DNA from: a virus
Lineage: Duplodnaviria > Caudoviricetes
IMG/VR virus record: IMGVR_UViG_3300026166_000003
Span: 1-42,925 of that record
Length of the DNA: 42,925 nucleotides
Strand: one strand, 5' to 3'
Under the pieces are notes generated by a model. That model saw only the letters and a program-made list of their open reading frames with translations. It was not told where the DNA came from and ran no database searches. The position numbers and the translations under genes are program-made. This document shows positions 1-8,342 of the stretch, piece by piece (the stretch's first letter is position 1; each line of letters opens with the position of its first letter).

Positions 1-205
1 CCAAAGGAAGAAACAATCCACTATACTTACTACACGATTTCCCATCCAATAAAAACATATGAGAGAATCCTACTAACTGACTGTCACCATCTTCTACTAA
101 GTTATCATGATACACCCATCTAAAATCTGTATCAAATCTTAGAGTCTCTTCAATAAGGTTTTGATAATTTGGATTGATGCAATCATCTTTAATAATGCTC
201 TTCAT
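1..205 (-). CDS. 5' part of a probable 2OG-Fe(II) oxygenase-like protein (runs off the window start; not in the ORF track)
   Basis: Translated by hand from the ATG at 205: MKSIIKDDCINPNYQNLIEETLRFDTDFRWVYHDNLVEDGDSQLVGFSHMFLLDGKSCSKYSGLFLPL, open to base 1 and overlapping the upstream stop at 189-191. The 'I.DD.I...Y...I......F.W......FSH' start resembles cyanophage 2OG-oxygenase-like genes. Catalytic residues lie outside the window. Confidence 0.6.
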   Translation of the reverse strand, partial: MKSIIKDDCINPNYQNLIEETLRFDTDFRWVYHDNLVEDGDSQLVGFSHMFLLDGKSCSKYSGLFLPL

Positions 206-806
206 CTGGACCCTCTACATTCCAAGCAATATTCCCAGACACAGTTGTCCTTTCTTTATCAGTAGATCTAAATGGATATACAGCATGATTTGTTGTTGAT
301 GGGAACATAAGAATTGTACCGTTCCATGAACTATCTACTGGCAGCACTTCCTTTTCCATTTGAAACGCTCCATCACTATAAAAATTATCCCTTTCTTCAG
401 GACCATATGGTATATCAACAAATATCACAAAACTAACAACACCAGAATGAACATGCATTGGATTGTATTGGTATTTCTTCTGATAATTCGCCCACAAATT
501 ATGCAACCTTATGAACCGAGTGATATCCTTTGTCTTATTAAACTCCCATGGACATGTGGTATACACCCAATCCCATATTCCATTAACACGATCTAAAAGA
601 TATTCTTCTAATCCTGGACATTCATATTTCCATTCACTTAAACTTGATTGTTGATCTAGAGCACCAGCCAATCTGGAATTCATATTCCATACCTCATCCA
701 ATCTTCTTTTCCTAGTATAATCAAGAAGACTATAGTAGATGTCTTGTGGAATTTTCTCTGCTACAAAGTTTAAATTACTTTGACTGTGTATATTACTGTC
801 TTTCAT
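189..806 (-). CDS. 2OG-Fe(II) oxygenase-like protein, TIGR02466-type (HxH...H...R)
   Basis: Motifs YNPMHVHSGVVSFVIFV, MFPSTTNHAVYPF and ERTTVSGN. Start moved to the ATG at 806 (MKDSNI), which forms an ATGA overlap with the upstream stop at 803-805. Confidence 0.8.
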   Translation of the reverse strand: MKDSNIHSQSNLNFVAEKIPQDIYYSLLDYTRKRRLDEVWNMNSRLAGALDQQSSLSEWKYECPGLEEYLLDRVNGIWDWVYTTCPWEFNKTKDITRFIRLHNLWANYQKKYQYNPMHVHSGVVSFVIFVDIPYGPEERDNFYSDGAFQMEKEVLPVDSSWNGTILMFPSTTNHAVYPFRSTDKERTTVSGNIAWNVEGPDEEHY

Positions 807-1318
807 GAATATAAATCTGCAGCTAAACAATATCGGTTTTCATTTTGAATGCCTTTGCCAGGTATGTGTGGTAAGTTTGATGGAAATATAAACCATGTAA
901 ATAAGTTCTTCGGTAAGTAATATGGATCATGATTTGGCATAGGGAACATAGTAGTTCCAGACTCACCTAATTTTATATACATTATACCAGATAATGTATA
1001 GGGATTTTCTGGATTGTGTGAGTGCATGTATGGTTCTATTGGATTATCATTCCAATCTATATACACCCATGAATTTATTTGATAATCAAATACATCCATA
1101 CCCCAAAATCTAGAACAAGCATCGTGAAATGACCATCTTAATTTCTTAATAATAGGTTCATCATACTCCAAGAAGTCATCTTTACCATCATGGAAGGTGA
1201 GTTTGGATACGTGATCCATATTTTTAGTAAGAATATTCTTTTCGATAGAGGTATCAATAAACTTTATAAGTTCATCTCCATCAACATCTACTGGATATTC
1301 TCTAATTCCTAATACCAT
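803..1318 (-). CDS. 2OG-Fe(II) oxygenase-like protein, TIGR02466-type
   Basis: Motifs YMHSH, TLSGIMYI, FIFPSNLPH and NRYCLAAD give the double-stranded beta-helix pattern with HxH...H...R. Confidence 0.75.
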   Translation of the reverse strand: MVLGIREYPVDVDGDELIKFIDTSIEKNILTKNMDHVSKLTFHDGKDDFLEYDEPIIKKLRWSFHDACSRFWGMDVFDYQINSWVYIDWNDNPIEPYMHSHNPENPYTLSGIMYIKLGESGTTMFPMPNHDPYYLPKNLFTWFIFPSNLPHIPGKGIQNENRYCLAADLYS

Positions 1319-1890
1319 CGTCTTGATTGTTTCTCATTTATATGATCATGAATTTCAGGAATACAGAAAGAGAATGCTACTGTAGTCCTGTAACCATTAC
1401 CTATTAAAGTATTAGGAGAGTGTCCTTTATGATCCCAATTAGATGGTATAAGAACACCTGTATTTGGTATGTATGGTGTGTAGAAAGTCTTTCCATCTGG
1501 TCTCTGAGATACAAATTCACCACCCCATTCTAAACTCCATTCTTTTTGATTAAAAAGTACGAATGTCCATACATCATCTAATGGATAATCTTTATGGAAT
1601 AATGTATTCTGTCCAGCAGTTTGTCCATTAGCATGTATCTTACACAACTTAATATCTCTTCTAAGATGTTTCATCATCTTAAGTCTTATTGTTGTGGCAC
1701 ACTTAGTAAATATTAAATCAGTTCTTAAAGGATGTTGCCATGACACAGGATCTCCTTTACCATACGATGCATTATTAAGTGTCCATGTTGCAAGACTACT
1801 TACTGCTGGTGAAGTTCTATTAAAATATTCATACAATGATTCAAACTCACTACGTGATAGAACAGTATCAATAACAATAGGTTCCTTCAT
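1309..1890 (-). CDS. 2OG-Fe(II) oxygenase superfamily protein
   Basis: Motifs FHKD, WSLEWGGEF, WDHKGHSP and YRTTVAF (HxD...H...R). Start at the ATG at 1890 (MKEPIVID), an ATGA overlap with the stop at 1887-1889. Confidence 0.8.
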   Translation of the reverse strand: MKEPIVIDTVLSRSEFESLYEYFNRTSPAVSSLATWTLNNASYGKGDPVSWQHPLRTDLIFTKCATTIRLKMMKHLRRDIKLCKIHANGQTAGQNTLFHKDYPLDDVWTFVLFNQKEWSLEWGGEFVSQRPDGKTFYTPYIPNTGVLIPSNWDHKGHSPNTLIGNGYRTTVAFSFCIPEIHDHINEKQSRRWY

Positions 1891-2453
1891 TTGCCCCACC
1901 ATAACCATCCTGTCATAATATACTTCTCATGATCATTTGAAATTTGTCCTCTATGTTTATGAGTTAATCCAGCAGGAAATAAAACTGTACTACCTTTCTT
2001 TGCTTGCACAGTATAATCCTGATGATAAAATTCAGTTCCTCCATTAGGAACATCATTCAGGTATGTAATAAAAACAAAAGCTTTATCACAACCATCTAAA
2101 CCAGATCCATCCACATGCCATGTATAAAAACCTTCACCTGGTTTATAATACTGTATCTGTGGTAACTGCTTCATTGTAAACTCTTGGTTTCCAACTTCTA
2201 GTTCTTGTAAGTATTCATTTATAAAACCATCTAATGCTTTTTGATATGCGTCATATTTAAAGTCACTTGGTTTTCCAAACTTTCCAGCATCAGTTATAGA
2301 GAAATCAGTACTCTTCTTAATATCTGGAATGATACTACCACCACCAACTCTACCAGCATATGTCATTTCATCCTTATCCGCTATATGAAAAAGCTCTATA
2401 AGCTTGTCACATATATCAGGATCTTCTAATTGATATTCGTTAATAAAATTCAT
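1887..2453 (-). CDS. prolyl-4-hydroxylase-like 2OG-Fe(II) oxygenase
   Basis: Motifs QIQYYKPGEGFYTWHVD, ITYLNDVPNGGTEF, THKHRG and KYIMTGW (HxD...H...K, as in P4H). Start at the ATG at 2453, an ATGA overlap. Confidence 0.85.
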   Translation of the reverse strand: MNFINEYQLEDPDICDKLIELFHIADKDEMTYAGRVGGGSIIPDIKKSTDFSITDAGKFGKPSDFKYDAYQKALDGFINEYLQELEVGNQEFTMKQLPQIQYYKPGEGFYTWHVDGSGLDGCDKAFVFITYLNDVPNGGTEFYHQDYTVQAKKGSTVLFPAGLTHKHRGQISNDHEKYIMTGWLWWGK

Positions 2454-3040
2454 TTGTATGGTGGCCCCTGTACCCATCCAACTAATGATTTCCTCTCACC
2501 AGATGTTACTTCTCTAACTCTGTGTGGTGTATCACCCATGAATATTATAACATCTTTCTTCTTCAATGGAATAATCTTTTTCTCATCTATCACCATTTCA
2601 AATTCACCACCTTCAAAATCATCATTCAATAGTATAACAAAACTAAGTTTACGTATTCTATTTTCATGCCTCTTACCAGGCATCCAATTAGATTCATCTA
2701 TATGCCAATCATAGTAACCACCTTTTTTATATACAGTATCCTGCAAAGGTTCTATGAAATCAATATCATAATCCCATTTACACTTATCATTAGCAAAACT
2801 AATAAACCCATCCATCAATCCATACAAACGTTCATCATCTATAAAACGAGATTTTGATTCTCTATTTGCTAGATCAAGTTCTCCTTTATTTTCTAAACCT
2901 TCTACCTTAGAAGATTCATAATCATCTATAGGTTTACTTTCACGATCTGTACCTTGACATTTCTTAAGTTGCCTTTCTATAAGATCAAAATATTCATCTT
3001 CCATATTGATGATTATATACTGGTGTTTAAATGAATTCAT
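2450..3040 (-). CDS. 2OG-Fe(II) oxygenase (P4H/PKHD-like)
   Basis: Motifs YDWHID, RKLSFVILLNDDFEGGEF and PHRVREVTSGERKSLVGW. Start at the ATG at 3040, an ATGA overlap with the stop at 3037-3039. Confidence 0.87.
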   Translation of the reverse strand: MNSFKHQYIIINMEDEYFDLIERQLKKCQGTDRESKPIDDYESSKVEGLENKGELDLANRESKSRFIDDERLYGLMDGFISFANDKCKWDYDIDFIEPLQDTVYKKGGYYDWHIDESNWMPGKRHENRIRKLSFVILLNDDFEGGEFEMVIDEKKIIPLKKKDVIIFMGDTPHRVREVTSGERKSLVGWVQGPPYK

Positions 3041-4785
3041 TTCTGACACACCATTATATGAACACCATTCCACCATCCATTAGGATCCTCTGGAACAGCA
3101 GTCAATATCTTACGATCAAACATAACTTTAATATCATTTTCCCTAACCCATATATTTGCCGACTCTACCACACCCATAAAATTAGCATCATCTATTACTA
3201 TTATAAACTGATCATCCATAATTGTATAGAGGTATGTTAAATTATCATACTGTGCTTGCGAGTCATGATCAGCATCATAGAAAATAACATTCGCTTTCTT
3301 ATTATCCATAGTGTGTTCATCATGAACAATATTAAAATCTGCTATATTCAGATCTTGAATACTTTTCTCATGGAAAACTTGATTCTTTTTCATACCTTTA
3401 AAGAATGCACCTTTAGGATTATTCATCTTAAATCCTTTATGTCCATATACTTTACCACCACTATCCCAACTATCCTCATCACGGAAAGGAGCAATATCTT
3501 CTTCTGAATAATTATCAACAGCAAACGCTGGTATATCTCTATCCATTGTCGCAGCAAAGAATGTACTACCAGCAGCAACACCTAATTCTAAATACACAGC
3601 ATCTTCTTTAGAACATAAGTTATTAAGAAAATGTCTAATAATATTTGATGATAAACCTTCGTAATTAAATCCTTTTGGATTAAACTTACTATCTCCTCTT
3701 GCAGCCTTATCAATAGAATTAAGAACTAGTTCTATATCCTTATCCATAATTCTTTCATTCTTTTTCATCCTAGAATGAATAACTGAATCACAATAATTAC
3801 AATCCCAACAATCAAACTTACACGTCTTAATCTTATCTCTCCAGATATCAATTGGTTTCTCTTGTAATGTAGTATCTTCAATATACTCATCAAACTGAGG
3901 ATATAATAATTCTTCATTAGCATCCCATCTTTTAATGATGTCCATAGATTCCATTAAACGCAAAGCATTCTCTCTACCATGCATCTTGAATACATCAATA
4001 CCTAAATCTACAAACTGTTCCCAATCTTCTTTCCATGGTGGTATAGTTGCTTGCTTTAAAGCATTAGCTGGATCTCTTTCATCCCATCCAGAACATGACA
4101 CTCTACTAATAGAATCATTAAAATACTGAGGATCATCTTCACTTCTCTCCATATTGTAATGGTAATGTTCTGGCATGATCGGACATCCACCCCAACACCA
4201 CTCATTAGCAAGTAATGATATCTTAACTGGTTTACCTATTTCAGCACAATATTCCTTTGCTTTTTTAATTCTTAGTAGTTGATCATGATCTCTCATTAGA
4301 TCACGATCTAAATTAATATAATTAAATCCTGCCTTTGCTAAATTAACTATCTCGTTTGCTCTTGTTACTTCTCTGAGTATAGTATTTTTAATATAGAGTT
4401 CTGGAAACTCTTTCTGTATCTGTCCAGTTAACAACCATGTCGTATGAGGTATCGTAGCAATACGAACACCCATATCATATACTGGTTTAAAATTTTCAAT
4501 AAAAAGATCCAAGTTCTTTTGATTAGGAAGAACCTGAATATTATTAAACGTTGCTGATAATGGAATACCTGTTTCCTGAGAAACATAGAGAGCATTGAAT
4601 GTTGTCTCCCTCATATCCCCATCAATACTATCCCCCATCGCGTCTTGGACGAATGGAGGCATCCGACATGTAAAGTATATGTCGGAAATATATTTCTTAT
4701 ACTGATTCAGGAACGGAATAAAAGTTCCTGTTACAAAATCTTCAGGTAATTTTGTATTCAGCGGGATTGAGAATCTTTGATCCAT
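3037..4785 (-). CDS. U32-family-like Fe-S protein fused to a class I SAM-dependent methyltransferase
   Basis: The N-terminal ~340 aa carry GFNYINLDRDLMRD, LLANEWCWGGCP, VSC, IDVFKMHGRE (cf. U32 'lKieGR') and CKFDCWDCNYC. The C-terminal ~230 aa carry YLELGVAAGSTF (motif I), FAVD, IFYDADH and IIVIDD (Methyltransf_24-like). Confidence 0.75.
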   Translation of the reverse strand: MDQRFSIPLNTKLPEDFVTGTFIPFLNQYKKYISDIYFTCRMPPFVQDAMGDSIDGDMRETTFNALYVSQETGIPLSATFNNIQVLPNQKNLDLFIENFKPVYDMGVRIATIPHTTWLLTGQIQKEFPELYIKNTILREVTRANEIVNLAKAGFNYINLDRDLMRDHDQLLRIKKAKEYCAEIGKPVKISLLANEWCWGGCPIMPEHYHYNMERSEDDPQYFNDSISRVSCSGWDERDPANALKQATIPPWKEDWEQFVDLGIDVFKMHGRENALRLMESMDIIKRWDANEELLYPQFDEYIEDTTLQEKPIDIWRDKIKTCKFDCWDCNYCDSVIHSRMKKNERIMDKDIELVLNSIDKAARGDSKFNPKGFNYEGLSSNIIRHFLNNLCSKEDAVYLELGVAAGSTFFAATMDRDIPAFAVDNYSEEDIAPFRDEDSWDSGGKVYGHKGFKMNNPKGAFFKGMKKNQVFHEKSIQDLNIADFNIVHDEHTMDNKKANVIFYDADHDSQAQYDNLTYLYTIMDDQFIIVIDDANFMGVVESANIWVRENDIKVMFDRKILTAVPEDPNGWWNGVHIMVCQK

Positions 4786-4993
4786 ATTCTTCTAGAACCT
4801 TATTAATAAATAAACCTTCGTTGTCACTATGTTCTATCAAGAGACTTTTATTCTCTTTACAGATTTCTCTGAGCTTTACTCTATCTAGATCTTTATTTTT
4901 ATCTTCAAGACTGTACTTATCATACATCATGAAATGTATAACAGGCAGAAGCTCTTCATACCTTTCTGCATCAGCGTGCCAGGTTCCTGCCAT
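4742..4993 (-). CDS. hypothetical protein (83 aa)
   Basis: ATG lies just after the upstream stop, with a GAGG Shine-Dalgarno-like motif and a CATAAATA motif upstream. It is co-oriented and fills the gap. Confidence 0.65.
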   Translation of the reverse strand: MAGTWHADAERYEELLPVIHFMMYDKYSLEDKNKDLDRVKLREICKENKSLLIEHSDNEGLFINKVLEEYGSKILNPAEYKIT

Positions 4994-4994
4994 C

Positions 4995-5870
4995 TTAATT
5001 GCCCTCTTTTAAATGTAACTGTCCTGTATATTTATGCGCCTCAAACTTGGGCATTGTTATACCTTCCGATTCTATTTGTGCTTGTATAGCAGGAGCAAAT
5101 GTTTTATTTAATTTGTCCATACCACCACCAACGAGAGCAGAGAATTGTATTGCTACTTCTAAACACTTAACTTGATCCTGTTCTGGCATATCCAAAATAG
5201 AAGTCATGTTACCAGTAGATATTCTACCATAAGATACAATATCCATAGCAGCCTGTTTACCCATACGAGCAATCCAGTATATTCTTTCTTCCTCTTCTTG
5301 TTCTTCTAAGAAATACTCTAGTGGATGGTCATCATCAACAAACTCATTAACAGTCTTCAAGAAATGTGTCATTTCTATTTCTGACTGACGTAGTTTCCTT
5401 TTCCAAATACCTATGTCATAATCATTTTTTTCTAAATCGATCTGGATAAATCCAGCATCAATTTCATCTCCACCTTCTGCCGCTAAATTATCAAGAGTAC
5501 GAACGAATTTCTTTCTTAATAATTCTGCTTTTCTAAGACTGTGCCTATTTTCCATATAAGCATGATACCTTGTTTCTAGTTCCATCAATGCTTGACGAAC
5601 CTTTCTCCAAGGAGTCAGTTGCATATCAACAACAAAATGCTTACTTTGATATTCAGTCATACCGCTATTGAAGCGCATACAACCTTCTAAAATATCAAAA
5701 TCTTTCTTTGAGAAATCAAATTCCTCAACGAAAGACTTAGCTAGATTTATCTCTCCAGTATCAGAACTGACTATGTTATTAACATCAGCAATGATATCTG
5801 ACAACTCTGCGTTGTAAGATAATCTTGAATTTTTTGGATCTCTGTTAACTAATTCAGAATTTAAAGACAT
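4995..5870 (-). CDS. hypothetical helical/coiled-coil protein (291 aa)
   Basis: Long co-oriented ORF with charged heptad-like segments (VRQALMELETRY...LRKAELLRKK...LEKNDYDIGIWKRKLRQSEIE). No catalytic motif recognised. Confidence 0.75.
   Translation of the reverse strand: MSLNSELVNRDPKNSRLSYNAELSDIIADVNNIVSSDTGEINLAKSFVEEFDFSKKDFDILEGCMRFNSGMTEYQSKHFVVDMQLTPWRKVRQALMELETRYHAYMENRHSLRKAELLRKKFVRTLDNLAAEGGDEIDAGFIQIDLEKNDYDIGIWKRKLRQSEIEMTHFLKTVNEFVDDDHPLEYFLEEQEEEERIYWIARMGKQAAMDIVSYGRISTGNMTSILDMPEQDQVKCLEVAIQFSALVGGGMDKLNKTFAPAIQAQIESEGITMPKFEAHKYTGQLHLKEGN
5029..5036 (-). promoter_or_regulatory. late promoter (CATAAATA) ahead of the 83-aa/U32-MTase/oxygenase cluster
   Basis: NATAAATA match 36 nt before the ATG at 4993, the same spacing as most other late promoters here. 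Confidence 0.65.
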
Positions 5871-6669
5871 ATGCGTCTACCTCATACTCTGGTTTTCGAT
5901 CCCAGTCAGTATCAGATATGGTGCGACCCATTTCAATTGCCTGTGATTGAGGCATCATGATACCGATGTGATCTTCATATAATATATTTAGGTCCCATAC
6001 AGTATCGGCATCTTCAAACTTTTTCTTAAGTTTTTGATACGCAACAAGCATGGTAGATAGTTTATCTTCGTATGCCTCAGCTTTAGTAAGTATTTTATTT
6101 GATAGATCTGTTTTATCTAAAGCTCTTTCTGTAGCAAGGTAGTCAAGGAATGGTGTCTTACTTCCATTCTTTCCTTTTTCTCTCAACCACTCTCTTGCTT
6201 CATGCTTCTGTATTTCCCAAGAAGCAGTTTCTAATTCTGTTGTATCTCTTAGATTTTTAATTCTTACATTAAATTCATCATCAACAATCTCTACAGCAAA
6301 GATACTCATGAAATCAGTAATTTCTTTTCTGATTTCATCTGTCAATTCTACTGGTACTTTAAGAATACCACCAGCAGGAGTCCATGCTTGAGCAACACCT
6401 TGTTGGTTAACCGTTGCCATAATCTTACCAAAAGGTCTAACTTCTGAGAAGAAGTTTGATCCATTCAATGCTTGCTTCTTAGTAACCTCTTTGTATTTGT
6501 GTTCCCACTCTTTAGAGATAACTTGGAAGATGTTTTCACTTACTTCCACACATGCAAAATGCATCAACGAAAATATTTCGTTGTAATGTAGCCTAGCATC
6601 AGCGGTCTCAGCAATATTGACATACTGCTCAGGCTTAATTTCTTTTTCGTTAAGTATTAGGTATCTCAT
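5854..6669 (-). CDS. hypothetical protein, C-terminal half resembles tail-fibre-assembly chaperones
   Basis: Start at the ATG at 6669 (MRYLIL), a TAATG overlap with the upstream stop. The segment ETASWEIQKHEA...TPFLDYLATER..DKTDLSNKILTKAEAY resembles fibre-adjacent helical proteins of tailed phages. Confidence 0.65.
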   Translation of the reverse strand: MRYLILNEKEIKPEQYVNIAETADARLHYNEIFSLMHFACVEVSENIFQVISKEWEHKYKEVTKKQALNGSNFFSEVRPFGKIMATVNQQGVAQAWTPAGGILKVPVELTDEIRKEITDFMSIFAVEIVDDEFNVRIKNLRDTTELETASWEIQKHEAREWLREKGKNGSKTPFLDYLATERALDKTDLSNKILTKAEAYEDKLSTMLVAYQKLKKKFEDADTVWDLNILYEDHIGIMMPQSQAIEMGRTISDTDWDRKPEYEVDAYVFKF

Positions 6670-7955
6670 TATTGTGCATAGATTGCGGTAACAGTAGCAG
6701 CAGCTGAACAGCAACCACCTGAAGATTGTCCATAATGTCCTTTAGGTCTTGTAGAAGCACCCATATTAGTCTCAACATCAGTAGAGTAATCCCACTTAGT
6801 AGTGTGGTTGTTCTGCTGACCATCATATTGTCCCATCATATAACCCCAGTCCTGACCCATCATCATGTTCTCTTCTCCGTAAGAACGAACCTTAGATCCA
6901 TTCTTAATACCAGATCCTGAAGAACCATTATACTTAGTCCAAGGAGTTGTAACGTTGTTACCAGTTCCACAATAGAAGTGACCCCACTTAGAACCAAGCG
7001 GCTTACAAACTCCGTCAGGAGCCATAGAGGAAGACCAACCACCCCAACTATCGTTAGAATGATTACAGTAGTATCTATTACCTGAGAATGAAGCCCATGT
7101 CTTATCTTCATCGGCAACTGATGAAGTATGGTCATTACCAGAAGGTGAGTTACCTGCCTGATACATGATCTCTGAAGGGAAGTGTAATTTACCTACAGCA
7201 GAGTTACCTCCACCTAAGTTATACCCATGCTGTTGTTTTTGTGCAGATGCACAGGAGTTTCTGTCTCTGTTGACAGGCATGTTCCAACCACCAACAGTAC
7301 CATATCCCATAACACCTCGTGGATCGTCTCCTTCCCAACCGTAGTTAGCAGGTGAGTATGTTCCACCACCAGGGTTACTACCTGATGTACCAAACATTCG
7401 TCTCATTCCAGTATGGAGGTTGATCGAAGATGTATGGTTTGATGATCCAGTGAATGCGTTAACACATCCATGACCATAACCGAAGTAGTCACTCCAAGTA
7501 ACGTCAGCATATGTTAATGCACGGTCAAGTTGCTCACCACAGTAGAAAGTAACATCTGTAGCGTGCCAGGTTTTGTTTACTGTTCTCCAAGGATTAGAAC
7601 CCTTGTATCCAGCAATCAAGTAACCATGCGTAATCAAACTTCTATATCTCCATCCAGTCATGGGTGAAGAAACGGCATTACTCCCTCCAGGATATGCCCA
7701 GAAAGTTCCGTTTTCTCCATCAGATACTAAGTAAGCACCTCTCGTATCATTAGTGGCTCCTGGTATACCACCTCCTACGTCATCCCAATCAGAACCATTC
7801 CAGATTTGTGCTTTCGCATCTGAAGAGTTCCAGATCATCTGACCTATATTAGGAGATGCAGGTCTACTGCCACTAGCAAATGAAGGCAACTTCAGACCTT
7901 GTGTGGCCAAAGATGCATTTCCTGTGACAACAGTTCCAACTGTTAATTGAGACAT
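6669..7955 (-). CDS. virion/fibre-tip protein with probable beta-propeller
   Basis: N-terminal MSQLTVGT and GQMIWNSSDAKAQIWNGSDW fibre motifs, followed by spaced GY-x-x-G blades (GYLIAGY, GYGHG, GYNLGG, FYCGTG, GYMMGQY). Composition is G/S/N/W-rich. Confidence 0.65.
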   Translation of the reverse strand: MSQLTVGTVVTGNASLATQGLKLPSFASGSRPASPNIGQMIWNSSDAKAQIWNGSDWDDVGGGIPGATNDTRGAYLVSDGENGTFWAYPGGSNAVSSPMTGWRYRSLITHGYLIAGYKGSNPWRTVNKTWHATDVTFYCGEQLDRALTYADVTWSDYFGYGHGCVNAFTGSSNHTSSINLHTGMRRMFGTSGSNPGGGTYSPANYGWEGDDPRGVMGYGTVGGWNMPVNRDRNSCASAQKQQHGYNLGGGNSAVGKLHFPSEIMYQAGNSPSGNDHTSSVADEDKTWASFSGNRYYCNHSNDSWGGWSSSMAPDGVCKPLGSKWGHFYCGTGNNVTTPWTKYNGSSGSGIKNGSKVRSYGEENMMMGQDWGYMMGQYDGQQNNHTTKWDYSTDVETNMGASTRPKGHYGQSSGGCCSAAATVTAIYAQ

Positions 7956-7977
7956 GATTACCTATTGATCGTAATTG

Positions 7978-8001
7978 TATTTATGACTTAGGGTATTTAT
8001 C
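7978..8001 (-). promoter_or_regulatory. two late promoter motifs (GATAAATA, CATAAATA) upstream of the 428-aa gene
   Basis: Located at 7994-8001 and 7978-7985, 23-39 nt before the ATG at 7955. Confidence 0.65.
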
Positions 8002-8337
8002 TTTGATAGCAGCGACAGATTGATACCACTGACCATCTTTTCCAGGAACTACCCCTAGTTCCATATCATGCCAAAGTTTGTCAAGTTGCTCTTCAATTTG
8101 TTCATATTCAAATTTTCTTTTGAAGTCGTAAGTGGCATCAACTACCACACGTTTAGTAATTTGTTGAGTTTGAGTATCCCAATAAAAATCAGGAGCCTGT
8201 AAACCATCATCATCTACTTTATCAAAAGGTCCATTTACCCATTCAAAATCTTCATGAGTTTCAAATGTAGGTGCATTTGAATCTTGTATCTGTTGTACAG
8301 TTCCACTTTTTTTATGTACTAATGAAATATATGCCAT
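7981..8337 (-). CDS. small tail-fibre-assembly/chaperone-like protein
   Basis: Start at the ATG at 8337 (MAYISL). The C-terminus R..EY..IEEQLDKLWHD...WY..VAAIKDKYPK is typical of fibre-adjacent small proteins in marine phages. Confidence 0.7.
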   Translation of the reverse strand: MAYISLVHKKSGTVQQIQDSNAPTFETHEDFEWVNGPFDKVDDDGLQAPDFYWDTQTQQITKRVVVDATYDFKRKFEYEQIEEQLDKLWHDMELGVVPGKDGQWYQSVAAIKDKYPKS

Positions 8338-8342
8338 TTTTA

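Noticed and set aside
1887-4785. Collagen-processing pathway (P4H plus 'collagenase' U32)
   Set aside because: No extended Gly-X-Y repeats are visible in any protein here, and characterised U32 proteins are mostly hydroxylation factors rather than collagenases.
4742-4993. Frameshift fusion of the 83-aa ORF with U32-MTase
   Set aside because: The 44-nt overlap is explained by an independent ATG at 4785 preceded by a purine-rich stretch. I saw no convincing slippery site with a downstream structure.
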